A stretch of 64,000 nucleotides of DNA from an uncultured Chloroflexia bacterium. Its GTDB lineage: Bacteria; Chloroflexota; Limnocylindria; Limnocylindrales; CSP1-4. Positions 1 to 10,614 of the stretch are shown here, in pieces. The notes below the pieces were generated by a model, which saw nothing but the letters and a program-made list of their open reading frames with translations, was not told the origin of the DNA and searched no databases. The stretch is taken from positions 140,357-204,356 of the forward strand of contig CAWHIA010000012.1 of assembly GCA_963829155.1 (NCBI GenBank), given 5' to 3'. Each line of letters starts with the position of its first letter. Position 1 is the stretch's first letter. Both the position numbers and the translations under genes were made by a program.

Positions 1-2063
1 GCGAGCGCGACGTAGCCGCGGACGTAGAGGCCGGTGATCCGCGTCGTCACGCCGCCGCGGCCCTCGCGCAGCGCCGCGGCGGCCACCCCGTCCGCCTCGG
101 CCCATCGTCCCGTGGCCCATAGGGCGAGCCCAAGGTGTGCGGTCATGTAGCAGCGGTGATTCCACAGCTCGTTCTGCTCGGCAAACGAGATCCCGTCGCG
201 CAGCCAGCGTTCGGCCAGGTCGTACACGAACACCTCGGACAAGCCGGCGCCCGCCAACCGGAACGCGCGGCCCGCCTCGTCGTCGACGTGCAGCTCGCGG
301 CATCGGGCGATGACCCAGGTCGCGATCCTGAGGGCCTCGTCGACGCGCCCTGCGAACGGGCGGACCGCGACGAGCGAACAGAGCGCATCGAGCTCCGATG
401 CGGAATCTCCTACCTGCCGGGCGAGCTCGATCGCGCGGGTCGCGTGCAGCTCGGTGGCCGGCAGGTCGAGGGCCCGCGTGCAGGCGGCTGCCAACGCGGC
501 CTCCAGCCTGGCGCGCACGACATCGACCTCGTCCCCACCAAGGTCCTCGAGCTCCGCGATCTCGCGCTCGAGCAGGGGCCGGACTGTCTCCAGGCCGTCG
601 CCGAGCAGGTGGCGGACGCCGGCGAGGCGGGCCACGACCCCCGCGGCCGCCAGCCGGTCGCCCGCCTCGATGTAGGCGTCGCGTGCCTTCACGAGGGTGG
701 CCGCCGCGGCGCCGGTCTCGTCTCGCGCCGACTCCTCCCGGGCGAGGTCCTCGAGGATGCGCCCGCGGTCGGCCGGTGGCGTGTCCGGCGGCAGGTTGCG
801 GACGGCACGCCGGTACAGCTCCATGGCCTCGCGATGCGCGGAGATCCGCGAGGCCGCCCGCGCGCCGGCGAGCGCGGCCCGGTGCGCCTCATCGCTCCGG
901 CCCGCGAGCTCGAGGTGCGCCGACGCGTGGATCTCGGAGCCGATGTCGCGCTCGCCGCCGAGATCGGCGACCAATCCATGCAGCCGACGGCGTTCGGCCA
1001 CGGGGATCGCCGCGTACACCGCGTCCCGCAGCAGCTGGTTGCGGAAGTCGACCTCGCCCGTTCGGGCCGACGGCTCGAGGAAGGCGTGCGCGACGAGCTC
1101 GTCGAGCGGTTCGGCGAGGCGCTCGTCCGGCAGCTCGACGATCCGGCCGACGACCGATGGCAGGAACCGCCGGCCGACGACGGCGCCGGCCGCGGCGATC
1201 TTCTGTGCGGCATCCGAGCGATGCCGCAGCCGCTCGAGCACCGTGGCCTCGATCGTCTCCGGGACGTCGGAGGTCCGGACGTCGTCGGCCGTCGCCACCG
1301 AGCGGTCCGCGAACATGCCCACGAGCTCCTCGACGTGGAGCGGGATGCCGTCCGTGCGCTCGTGGATCGCCTCGACGGCGTCTTCCGACACCGAGCGGCC
1401 TTCCAGCAGCACCCGGGCCATGACGGCCGTCTCCTCGAGCGTCAGGCGGGGCAGCCGGGCCTCTTCCGCGAGGCGCTGCGTCAGCAGCCGGGCACGCCAC
1501 TCGACGAAGCCGGGGTTGGACGCGACCTCCTCGACCCGGAGCGTCGCGACCACGAACAGCGGGGCGTCGGCGAGCCGCCGGGCCAGCGAGCCGATCACCT
1601 CGAGGCTCAGGTCGTCCGCCCAGTGCAGGTCCTCGAACGCGAGGAAGGTCGGCTCGGCGGCGGCGTCGGCGAGCGCGTCGACGATGTCGAGCACGTGCAT
1701 GCGGCGCCGCTGGGCGACGGGTTGCGAACCGCCCTCGTCCGACGACAGGCGGTCCAGGAGGGCGAGGCCGACCGACCCCAGCGCCGGCGTCCGCCGCATC
1801 GACCGGGCCAGGTCCATCAGGATCGCCTCGGGGACGTCCCGGTCCTGCGGCGCGAGCCCACCGGCCGCCGACCGGAAGCCGGCGCTCGACGCGTGGCGCG
1901 CCATCGACCCGAGCAGGCGGGTCTTGCCGATCCCGGCGTCGCCCGTGAGGAGCAGCAGGTGGCCGCGACCCCCGGCGACCTCCTCGAACCGGCGCTCCGC
2001 GAGCCGAAGGAGCTCGTCGCGACCCACGAGGATCGGGCACACGACCGGAGCGATGCGCGACAC
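1..2063 (-). CDS. LAL/LuxR-family AAA ATPase transcriptional regulator, C-terminally truncated by window edge
   Basis: Minus-strand translation from GTG 2063 gives VSRIAPVVCPILVGRDELLRLAERRFEEVAGGRGHLLLLTGDAGIGKT (Walker A), followed by long TPR-like region; frame verified open at both ends of the 1-2063 interval; not in ORF track because no stop in window. Long + strand ORFs 135-2465 and 697-2076 are Arg-rich artefacts. Confidence 0.8.
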   Translation of the reverse strand, partial: MSRIAPVVCPILVGRDELLRLAERRFEEVAGGRGHLLLLTGDAGIGKTRLLGSMARHASSAGFRSAAGGLAPQDRDVPEAILMDLARSMRRTPALGSVGLALLDRLSSDEGGSQPVAQRRRMHVLDIVDALADAAAEPTFLAFEDLHWADDLSLEVIGSLARRLADAPLFVVATLRVEEVASNPGFVEWRARLLTQRLAEEARLPRLTLEETAVMARVLLEGRSVSEDAVEAIHERTDGIPLHVEELVGMFADRSVATADDVRTSDVPETIEATVLERLRHRSDAAQKIAAAGAVVGRRFLPSVVGRIVELPDERLAEPLDELVAHAFLEPSARTGEVDFRNQLLRDAVYAAIPVAERRRLHGLVADLGGERDIGSEIHASAHLELAGRSDEAHRAALAGARAASRISAHREAMELYRRAVRNLPPDTPPADRGRILEDLAREESARDETGAAAATLVKARDAYIEAGDRLAAAGVVARLAGVRHLLGDGLETVRPLLEREIAELEDLGGDEVDVVRARLEAALAAACTRALDLPATELHATRAIELARQVGDSASELDALCSLVAVRPFAGRVDEALRIATWVIARCRELHVDDEAGRAFRLAGAGLSEVFVYDLAERWLRDGISFAEQNELWNHRCYMTAHLGLALWATGRWAEADGVAAAALREGRGGVTTRITGLYVRGYVAL

Positions 2064-2160
2064 GGCGCCAGTCTAGGAGTCGCTCAGGGTCCGGCATCGG
2101 TCGAACGACGCAGGAACGCCGTCCAACGGCATGCGTGCGGACACGCCGCGCTCGCCTCAA

Positions 2161-2826
2161 CTAGTCGCGGTTCAGGATCGTGGCGACGTCGGCCTCGTTG
2201 CCCTCGGGGTCGGCGAGGACCCACCACATCGGCGCGAACTGGTCGGTCACGAGGGTGCCGCCAGCGGCGATCGCGGCCGCGACGCGGGCCTCGGCCTGCT
2301 CGATCGGCACCCAGACCGCGACGTGGATCCGGTTGCGTTGCGGCCGCGGGACATCCATCTGCTCGAACCAGATCCCCGGCCATCGCCAGTGCCGGTCGAC
2401 CAGGTCCTCGGCGGGGCTGTCGGGGCGGTACTCGTAGTCGAGGAGGGCCCGCCAGAAGCGCATGACGGCCGGGATGTCCAGCGCGTCGATCACGAGCAGC
2501 ACGGACTCCACGGCCGACGGGTCGGGTGACAGGCCCTGGTCCCGCGCGATGCGCGAGATCTCGCGGGCCAGCTCGACGTCGCGGGTGCTCATGCCCATGT
2601 AGTCGTCGGCGGTCGCGACGAGCCGCACCGTCACGCCGTCGTGCCGCAGGTCGATGTCGGGCTGGTGGGGCGCGAGCCCGGGCAGCTCGCCGATCGCCTG
2701 CACCAGCCGGGCGCCCGCCTCGAACGATCCGGTTCGGACGTAGGTGCACGCGCCGTCGCCGACGACGCGCCAGTCCTCGACGCCCGCCTGCTCGCGGAAC
2801 TCGCGGGCGGCGATCTGCTCGATCAT
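2161..2826 (-). CDS. pterin-4a-carbinolamine dehydratase-like / VOC (glyoxalase) fusion protein
   Basis: Start at internal Met MIEQIAAREF of the 2161-2994 ORF; DIDLRHDGVTVRL PCD-like motif then VOC-type C-terminus; ATGA overlap with upstream gene stop. Confidence 0.65.
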   Translation of the reverse strand: MIEQIAAREFREQAGVEDWRVVGDGACTYVRTGSFEAGARLVQAIGELPGLAPHQPDIDLRHDGVTVRLVATADDYMGMSTRDVELAREISRIARDQGLSPDPSAVESVLLVIDALDIPAVMRFWRALLDYEYRPDSPAEDLVDRHWRWPGIWFEQMDVPRPQRNRIHVAVWVPIEQAEARVAAAIAAGGTLVTDQFAPMWWVLADPEGNEADVATILNRD

Positions 2827-3797
2827 GCCTCGACCTCCTGTGCGGTTCGACCGGTGGCCTGAAGAGCGCCACCGCCGGCCCCGGCCCAGTCGAGCACCCG
2901 CAGGGCCCGCAGCGTGTTCCAGCGGCTCGGCTTGCCCTCGCCCTCGTCGAGGTCGAGATGCGCCTCCCCCTCGTGCACCCGCTGGAGCGGCCATCGGCCG
3001 TCGGCCCCCCGGTTCCGCTCGACGACATCAATCGCCTCGCGGATGCGCGGTTCGGGTTCGGCCGAGGCCGCGCGCAGGTAGTCCAGGCCGCGCAGCACGT
3101 CGTAGTAGTGCCAGGTCGGGAATGCGAACCGGAGCCACTCCACGTCGATCACCTCGCCCGTCGACTTGCGACGGAACAGCCGCCGCTCCAGCAGGTACTC
3201 CTGCCCGCGGAGGCGAGCGACCCGGACCTCCGCCGGATCGCCCAACGTCTGCTCGAACGCCAGCAAGCCTTCGAGGACCCGGATCGTGGTCCCGAACGAC
3301 GACACCGTCGCGCCGTTCTCGGCCTCGCAGTTCCAGCCGCCGTCGGCGAGCTGCTCCCCGAGCAGCCGGTCCACCAAAGCGCGGACGTCCTGGCCAAAGT
3401 AGGCGCCGACCGCGACGACGACGCCGTTGATGCACGGCTCGACCTCGCCGGCGAAGAACGCGTTGCCGGCCCACTCGTCCGTCGGGTACCCGCCCTCCCA
3501 GGTGACATGGTCCCGCACGAGCTCGGTCGCCCGCCGGGCCTGCGTGCTCTGGGGGTCGAGACCCAGAAGCCGCAGCAGCTCGAGCGTGTGCATCGTGTCC
3601 GTCCAGTCGTGCGACCAGGCGCTGCCCGCCCACCGGCCGTCGTCGCCCTGCAGCGCCAACAGCCGCGCGCCCCACCCCTCGGTCGCGACCCTCGCCCGCT
3701 CCGCCGCGACGACGCGCTCGGGTTCGTGCGTGAGGTCCCGCATGACCTGCCAGCGGATCGAGGGGTCGGCGTCCAGCAGCCAGTCGACGACGTCCAT
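2823..3797 (-). CDS. prenyltransferase/squalene oxidase repeat-like hypothetical protein
   Basis: 324-aa ORF with repeated W/G-rich alpha-alpha toroid-like segments (GGW motifs); non-repetitive protein-like composition. Confidence 0.6.
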   Translation of the reverse strand: MDVVDWLLDADPSIRWQVMRDLTHEPERVVAAERARVATEGWGARLLALQGDDGRWAGSAWSHDWTDTMHTLELLRLLGLDPQSTQARRATELVRDHVTWEGGYPTDEWAGNAFFAGEVEPCINGVVVAVGAYFGQDVRALVDRLLGEQLADGGWNCEAENGATVSSFGTTIRVLEGLLAFEQTLGDPAEVRVARLRGQEYLLERRLFRRKSTGEVIDVEWLRFAFPTWHYYDVLRGLDYLRAASAEPEPRIREAIDVVERNRGADGRWPLQRVHEGEAHLDLDEGEGKPSRWNTLRALRVLDWAGAGGGALQATGRTAQEVEA

Positions 3798-3919
3798 GCT
3801 CGTGCCTCCGTGTCCTTCGGGTCGGGGGATCGTCCCACGCCATGCTGCGGCGCGTACGTGACATCCCCCGGCAGGATTGAAGCGCTAGGGTGAACGAACG
3901 ACGACAGGAGGCTGACGCC

Positions 3920-4423
3920 ATGACAATTCGCGCCTTCTACGACCGATGGCCCCAGTACAACCGACGCCTGACCGAGGTCGTGGCGGCAATGAGCGACGAG
4001 CAGCTCGCGGTCCGGCCGGCGCCCGAGCGATGGCCGGTCTGGGCGACGGTCGGGCACGCGGCCGGCGGCCGGGCCTACTGGCTGTGCGGCGTGCTGCAGG
4101 AGCCGGGCGCGGACACCACGCCGTGGCCCGACGCGCTGACCTGGGATGGCTGGGAGGACCATCTCGACCATCCGAGGACGGCGAGCGAGCTCGTGTGGGC
4201 CCTCGACTCGACGTGGGCGGTGATCGACCACGTCCTCGACCGCTGGACGCCCGAGATGCTGCCCGAGGAGGTCGAGCGCTGGTACGGCGACGACCGCCAG
4301 CTGCACTCGCGGGCCTCGATTCTCCAGCGGGTCCTGACCCACGACGCGTACCACTGCGGCGAGCTGTCGCAGACGCTGGGCATCGAGGGCCTTCCCCAGA
4401 TCGACCTCTGGCGCCCGTACTGA
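3920..4423 (+). CDS. DinB family (DinB_2) protein
   Basis: RBS CAGGAGG 7 nt upstream of ATG 3920; HxxxE..H four-helix DinB motifs (GHAAGGRAYW, HDAYHCGEL). Confidence 0.75.
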   Translation: MTIRAFYDRWPQYNRRLTEVVAAMSDEQLAVRPAPERWPVWATVGHAAGGRAYWLCGVLQEPGADTTPWPDALTWDGWEDHLDHPRTASELVWALDSTWAVIDHVLDRWTPEMLPEEVERWYGDDRQLHSRASILQRVLTHDAYHCGELSQTLGIEGLPQIDLWRPY

Positions 4424-4449
4424 CGCGCAGCGGTCAGATCATCCCGCGC

Positions 4450-5025
4450 CTACCCGCCGCCGGCGCCCGACTTGAACTCGCGCGACGAGAAGTTGAGGGT
4501 GAGCGAGGCGGTCTCGCCGCCCTTCTGCGCGCCCGAGATCACGACGCCGTGGAGCGTCAGGGTCGAAGACCCGATCGTGATCGTCACGACGGCGAACTGC
4601 TGACCCTGGGCCACCGCGGCGAACAGCGCAGGGCTGAGGTGCTCGGCCCGGAACATCACGACGACCTCGCCCGACGTGGTCTGCTCACGGCTCCCCCGGC
4701 CTGACGTGCCCCGGTCGGCGCCATTGACCGCCGTTTGGACTGACTCGACGGGCACGGAGAGCTTGAGGTCCGGGATCGACATCGTGTTGCCCGTCGCCGT
4801 GGACGTGTCTGTGGGCTCGGCCGCCGGCGTGCCGTCGGTCGTATCGCGCTGGATGGCCACATCGCCGGCCATCGGCCCCAGGAGCTCGGTCACCGCCCGG
4901 TTGCCGGCCGTCGCCTGCAGGTCGAGGATCGCGGCGTCCGCTCCATCGGCCGTGGTCGGTCGTGGCGCGCGCGACCGCCGCTCGTCGGACGCCTCGTCCT
5001 CGCGATGACGTCGCTGGCGGTCCAC
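4450..5025 (-). CDS. DUF4157-leader / Hcp-like (tube-protein fold) domain protein
   Basis: N-terminal AAILDLQATAGNRAVTELL matches the LQRxxGNxAV leader of DUF4157 proteins; C-terminal 110 aa align to Hcp (MSIPDLKLSVPVES ... LTLHGVVISGAQKGGETASLTLNFSSREFK). Confidence 0.55.
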   Translation of the reverse strand: MDRQRRHREDEASDERRSRAPRPTTADGADAAILDLQATAGNRAVTELLGPMAGDVAIQRDTTDGTPAAEPTDTSTATGNTMSIPDLKLSVPVESVQTAVNGADRGTSGRGSREQTTSGEVVVMFRAEHLSPALFAAVAQGQQFAVVTITIGSSTLTLHGVVISGAQKGGETASLTLNFSSREFKSGAGGG

Positions 5026-5059
5026 CTCGAGCCTCCTTCGCGCCGTAGTCGAGTCCCGC

Positions 5060-6736
<1,677 letters not shown>

Positions 6737-6837
6737 GACGCAAGGGTATCGGGCGCGCGCTGCCCAGGGCGAGTCGCCGAGGCGGGCGCATCATAGCCAC
6801 CCGGGGCGTGTGCCCTCAGCTGGCCGGAGGTTGTGCG

Positions 6838-6909
6838 ATGGACAAGAAGGCAAAGGTGCCGAAGAAGCCGAAGTCCGCCAAGGCGAAGGGCACCGCGAAG
6901 ACTCCGTGA
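6838..6909 (+). CDS. putative 23-aa lysine-rich small protein (MDKKAKVPKKPKSAKAKGTAKTP)
   Basis: GGAGG 8 nt upstream of ATG 6838; stop followed immediately by a 12-bp GC hairpin; below ORF-track size cutoff. Confidence 0.3.
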   Translation: MDKKAKVPKKPKSAKAKGTAKTP

Positions 6910-6910
6910 T

Positions 6911-6939
6911 GGGACCCGAGCCCTCGCGGGCTCGGGTCC
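6911..6939. terminator. GC-rich hairpin (12-bp stem, 4-nt loop), candidate bidirectional intrinsic terminator
   Basis: gggacccgagccc tcgc gggctcgggtcc; lies 3' of both the small + ORF and the minus-strand sigma/anti-sigma operon. Confidence 0.45.
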
Positions 6940-6979
6940 GGCGATGCGGCCGGGCGGACGCCGGGGCGCGGACGGCCGT

Positions 6980-8296
6980 CTAGCGAGCGAGTCGCTGCCA
7001 GGCCGGAGGGTTCGACGCCGTCCACGGCGCCGGCATGTGCGCGAGGGTCGACGGGTCGAGCAGGAGGTGCTGGGCGGCCCGCTGGTCGAGTGTCTCGGGC
7101 ATCACCAGGATCGACGTGTCGTCGGGCGACCACTGGAGAATCGTGTCGCAGCAGCCGGTGAGCCCGTGGTCGGACTCGACGCCCACACCCGACCCGTCGG
7201 AGGGGACCACGGCCAGCGCCATGTCCTCGTTGTGTTGGGCATAACCGCGGGTGATGGCCAGGCGCGTCCCGTCGTTCGACCAGGCGGGAGCATCCTGGAA
7301 GACTGCTCCCGGCGGCATCGGCAGCGTGACGTCATCCCCACCATCCAGGCCGATGACATGCACCCGATAGCCGCTCGGATTTCCGCTGTCCGGGACAGCG
7401 CCGGTTACGTAGGCAAGCCGGGACCCGTCGGGCGAGAATCTGCCAAGGCCGCCGCCAAAGCCGGCGCTCACGCCCGCGGCGGGCGCGACGATCGTCCTGG
7501 GTGCTTCGGTCTTGGTGTCGATCGCGTAGATGCCGTTCGTGTCACCGTTGGTGCTGCCAGAGACGATCAGCTCGGCCCCGTCGGGCGGTCGATAGGCCGC
7601 CTCGACCACGATGAAAGGCAGGTTGACCTGCCGCGTGCCGCTTCCGTCCGACTGCGCGATCCAGAGCTTTCCGCCGGTGTCGGTCGTCGACCAGAGTGCG
7701 ATCTCCGTCCCGTCGGGCGAGAAGCTGTAGGAGGGGACCGCTTCGGCCCAGGGGTAGTCGAGACCGGTCACTGGCTCGGGCGTCACCACGACGAGGCCGC
7801 TGCCGTCGGACCGGGCGATGATCAGGCGACCGGCGCCGGCTTCCTTGCGCTCGAACACGATGTGGGTGCCGTCCCTCGAGAAGACCGGCCGCAGGTCCTG
7901 GTCTATGCCGGTGACGACGGCCTTGGCGACACCGGTGACCGGGTCGGCGGTGTAGATGTCGCCGCCCGACTCGTACGCGATGAGGCCGTTGGCGGCCGGG
8001 CCGAACGGTGCCGGCACCCTGGGCCGGGAGCTCGCGACGAGCACGCCAGCGACGATCACGCCGATGATCAGCAGGGCGGCGAGCGCGATCAGGCGCAGCG
8101 GGACGTTGGGCGTTGCGGTCGCCCGCGACGTGATGGAGGCCATGGGAATCCACCTTTCGGGGATCGTCCAGGCGGGCCGCTGCCGCATGCGGGCGGTCTT
8201 CCGGACGATGTCATCTCGGTAGTCGGGCATGGGCCCTGGCGTCAGCTGGCCGAGGTAGTCGGAGAGCTCCTGCTCGAAGCGTCGGTCGGAGGTCAT
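6980..8296 (-). CDS. anti-sigma factor with TolB-like beta-propeller periplasmic domain
   Basis: N-terminal cytoplasmic segment, one TM (LRLIALAALLIIGVIVAGVLVA), then repeated DGS/DGT propeller blades; ATGA overlap with upstream ECF sigma stop. Confidence 0.8.
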   Translation of the reverse strand: MTSDRRFEQELSDYLGQLTPGPMPDYRDDIVRKTARMRQRPAWTIPERWIPMASITSRATATPNVPLRLIALAALLIIGVIVAGVLVASSRPRVPAPFGPAANGLIAYESGGDIYTADPVTGVAKAVVTGIDQDLRPVFSRDGTHIVFERKEAGAGRLIIARSDGSGLVVVTPEPVTGLDYPWAEAVPSYSFSPDGTEIALWSTTDTGGKLWIAQSDGSGTRQVNLPFIVVEAAYRPPDGAELIVSGSTNGDTNGIYAIDTKTEAPRTIVAPAAGVSAGFGGGLGRFSPDGSRLAYVTGAVPDSGNPSGYRVHVIGLDGGDDVTLPMPPGAVFQDAPAWSNDGTRLAITRGYAQHNEDMALAVVPSDGSGVGVESDHGLTGCCDTILQWSPDDTSILVMPETLDQRAAQHLLLDPSTLAHMPAPWTASNPPAWQRLAR

Positions 8297-8856
8297 GCTG
8301 AATGCCCTCCCGCCAGCGACCCACCCGTAGGCGTGAGCTCAGCGGCCATCGACGCCCGCATGGTCGCGAGCGAGTAGTGCAGGCGGGACTTCGCCGTCCC
8401 GACGGGAATTCGCAGGGCGGCCGCCACGTCCGTGAGCGGCATGCCGAGGAAGTAGTGCATGACGACGACGGCGCGATGCTTCGGGTCGAGTGACCCGAGG
8501 GCGTCGTTGACCTGGTCGCGGTTGGCGAGATCGCCCGCCATGTCGGACCTGCCCGGCGTTTCGATGAGCGCGATGTCCATTTCGATCAGACGTCGCTTGC
8601 GATGGAGGGCCAGATCGAGGCAGGCGTTGACGGTGAGGCGGTGAAGCCAGCCGTCGAAGGAGTCGGGGTCACGAAGACCCGGCAGATAGCGCCAGGCCCG
8701 AATCAGCGCCTCCTGGACCGCGTCGCGCGCGAGGTCAGGGTCCCGGAGGATCAGGCGGGCGGCGAGGTCCAGCCGCGCGAGCGCCAGGTCGACGAGCGAC
8801 GTGAAGGCGTCATGATCGCCTCCGCGTGCCCGCTCGACGAGACCTCGCTGGTCCAC
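8293..8856 (-). CDS. ECF (sigma-70 family) RNA polymerase sigma factor
   Basis: Region 2 (DAVQEALIRAWR) and region 4 (LTDVAAALRIPVGTAKSRL) motifs; likely GTG start 8856 (longest ORF to 8898). Confidence 0.8.
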   Translation of the reverse strand: MDQRGLVERARGGDHDAFTSLVDLALARLDLAARLILRDPDLARDAVQEALIRAWRYLPGLRDPDSFDGWLHRLTVNACLDLALHRKRRLIEMDIALIETPGRSDMAGDLANRDQVNDALGSLDPKHRAVVVMHYFLGMPLTDVAAALRIPVGTAKSRLHYSLATMRASMAAELTPTGGSLAGGHSA

Positions 8857-9071
8857 TGTCCGCCTCGGATGTGGCGCGGCCTGGTGACCGCGGTCCACAG
8901 GGTATGACCGCGGTGGGCGCGGAATGGTTCATGGCGATCGGGACGCGTGCGCGATCTCTCCGAGATGTGGCCGCCAGGGTCCACCGAGGAGACGCGAAAA
9001 TGCCGGCCCGCCACGGGCCGGCATTCTGGGCGACGCCCGGATGGTCCGGGTCGGGATCACCGGACAAGCTG

Positions 9072-9275
9072 TCACCGCTGGCGCTCGAGGCTGCTTGAGC
9101 CACTGACGAGGTGCGTCGTGACGACCGGGTGGGCGGTGTTCGGGGCGGTGCGGCTGGTCATGGCCAGCTGGGCCCCTGCGACGAGAACGAGCGCCAGCGC
9201 GAGCGTGGCGATGAGCGCTGCGGCGAGCTGGCGGGTCCCGGCGAATGTCCTGGTGGAACGAGACGAAGCGGCCAT
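9072..9275 (-). CDS. small membrane/secreted hypothetical protein (67 aa)
   Basis: AGGAG 9 nt upstream of ATG; single hydrophobic helix LAAALIATLALALVLVAGAQLAM. Confidence 0.45.
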   Translation of the reverse strand: MAASSRSTRTFAGTRQLAAALIATLALALVLVAGAQLAMTSRTAPNTAHPVVTTHLVSGSSSLERQR

Positions 9276-9461
9276 TGGTTTGACTCCTGTCGCGCCGGTC
9301 CGGACTCGTTGTTCGTGTCCGCTGGCCCGGCGCCCCTGTCCACCTCATCCTCGATTCCGTTGGCGTCCTCGCCATCGGGCACCCGCCACGGGGTATGAAA
9401 TTGTTGTTTGGCCCGAGGGGGGTCGAACGACCGATACGGCCTGCGCGTATGCTGCGGCCCG

Positions 9462-10571
9462 ATGCGGATCCTGATCGTGGGTGGCGGCATCGCGGGCCTG
9501 GCGACGGCGCGCGCGTTGCGCCTCCGCGGCATGGACGGCGAGATCGTCGAGCGCGACGAGGAGTGGAGCATCGCGGGTGCGGGCGTCTACATCCCCGGCA
9601 ACGGGATGGCCGCGCTGGATCGCCTGGGGCTCGGCGATGCCGTCCGGGCGCACGGGGCGGTGGTGGAGCGGCGCCGCCTCTACGACGAGCACGGGCGGCC
9701 GTTCATCGACTTCGACGAGGCCGGGTTCTGGCGCGACGTCGCGGCACCGGTCGCGCTGCATCGCCGCGAGCTGCACGACGTCCTCGCGGAGGGCGCCTCC
9801 GGGATCCCGATCCGGTTCGGGACGACGATCCGGTCGCTCGATGATCGCGGCGATGTCGTCGACGTGGGGTTCAGCGACGGCACGAGCGGGCAGTACGACC
9901 TCGTGATCGGCGCCGACGGGATCCACTCGTGGATGCGCACGACGGTGGTGGGAGGCCCGGGCGCGGTCCCCGCCGGCCAAGTTGGCTGGCGCTACGTGCT
10001 CGACGGGCACCCCGAGATCGCGGGCTGGAACGGCTGGCTGGCGCGCGATCGGGCGTTCCTGGCGCTGGCCATCGGCGGCGGCCTGGTCTACTGCTACGCA
10101 GACGTGCGATCGAACGAGGCCCTCGATCCGACGGGCGGCGACCCGTCCCGGCTCGCGGCGCTGCTCGGGCCGTTCACCGATCCGGTGCCCGCCCTTCTGG
10201 CGGAGATGCCGCCGGCGTCCGAGGTCTGGTTCTCGCCGATCGAGGAGGTGCCGCCCACCTGGTCGAAGGGCCGCGTCCAGCTCGTTGGCGATGCAGCGCA
10301 CGCCAGCTCGCCGAACATGGCCGAGGGCGCCTCCCTGGCCCTCGAGGACGCGCTCGTGCTGGCGGAGCTCCTGTCGACGGCGACCGGGGTCGAGGCGGCC
10401 CTATCGGCGTTCCGCGAACGACGGGCGCCGCGCGTCGCGTGGGTCCAGAAGACGACCCATCGCCGCGACCGATTGCGCTACTTTCCGCCGCTGGTCCGCC
10501 ACGTGACAATGCGCGTCGCCGGCCACCGGATCTTCCGGAACCACTACCGGCCCCTGCTCTCGCCCCCGTGA
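9462..10571 (+). CDS. FAD-dependent monooxygenase
   Basis: Rossmann MRILIVGGGIAGLATARAL at N-terminus (ATG 9462; ORF extends to TTG 9408), DGIHSWMR and GDAAHASSPNMAEGA motifs. Confidence 0.85.
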   Translation: MRILIVGGGIAGLATARALRLRGMDGEIVERDEEWSIAGAGVYIPGNGMAALDRLGLGDAVRAHGAVVERRRLYDEHGRPFIDFDEAGFWRDVAAPVALHRRELHDVLAEGASGIPIRFGTTIRSLDDRGDVVDVGFSDGTSGQYDLVIGADGIHSWMRTTVVGGPGAVPAGQVGWRYVLDGHPEIAGWNGWLARDRAFLALAIGGGLVYCYADVRSNEALDPTGGDPSRLAALLGPFTDPVPALLAEMPPASEVWFSPIEEVPPTWSKGRVQLVGDAAHASSPNMAEGASLALEDALVLAELLSTATGVEAALSAFRERRAPRVAWVQKTTHRRDRLRYFPPLVRHVTMRVAGHRIFRNHYRPLLSPP

Positions 10572-10614
10572 TGGCGCGCGGGCGACCCGTTCCCTCGGCG
10601 CCCGCAGCGAGTGC

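Noticed and set aside
135-2465. 776-aa + strand ORF (and 697-2076 +, 889-2160 -) across the first 2.4 kb
   Set aside because: Arg/Gly/Pro low-complexity translations typical of antisense or out-of-frame reading of high-GC DNA. The minus-strand frame from GTG 2063 gives a clean LAL regulator with Walker A.
6833-8377. 514-aa + strand ORF opposite the anti-sigma/sigma genes
   Set aside because: RR/GR-rich low-complexity product. The minus strand encodes a coherent TolB-like anti-sigma and ECF sigma pair.
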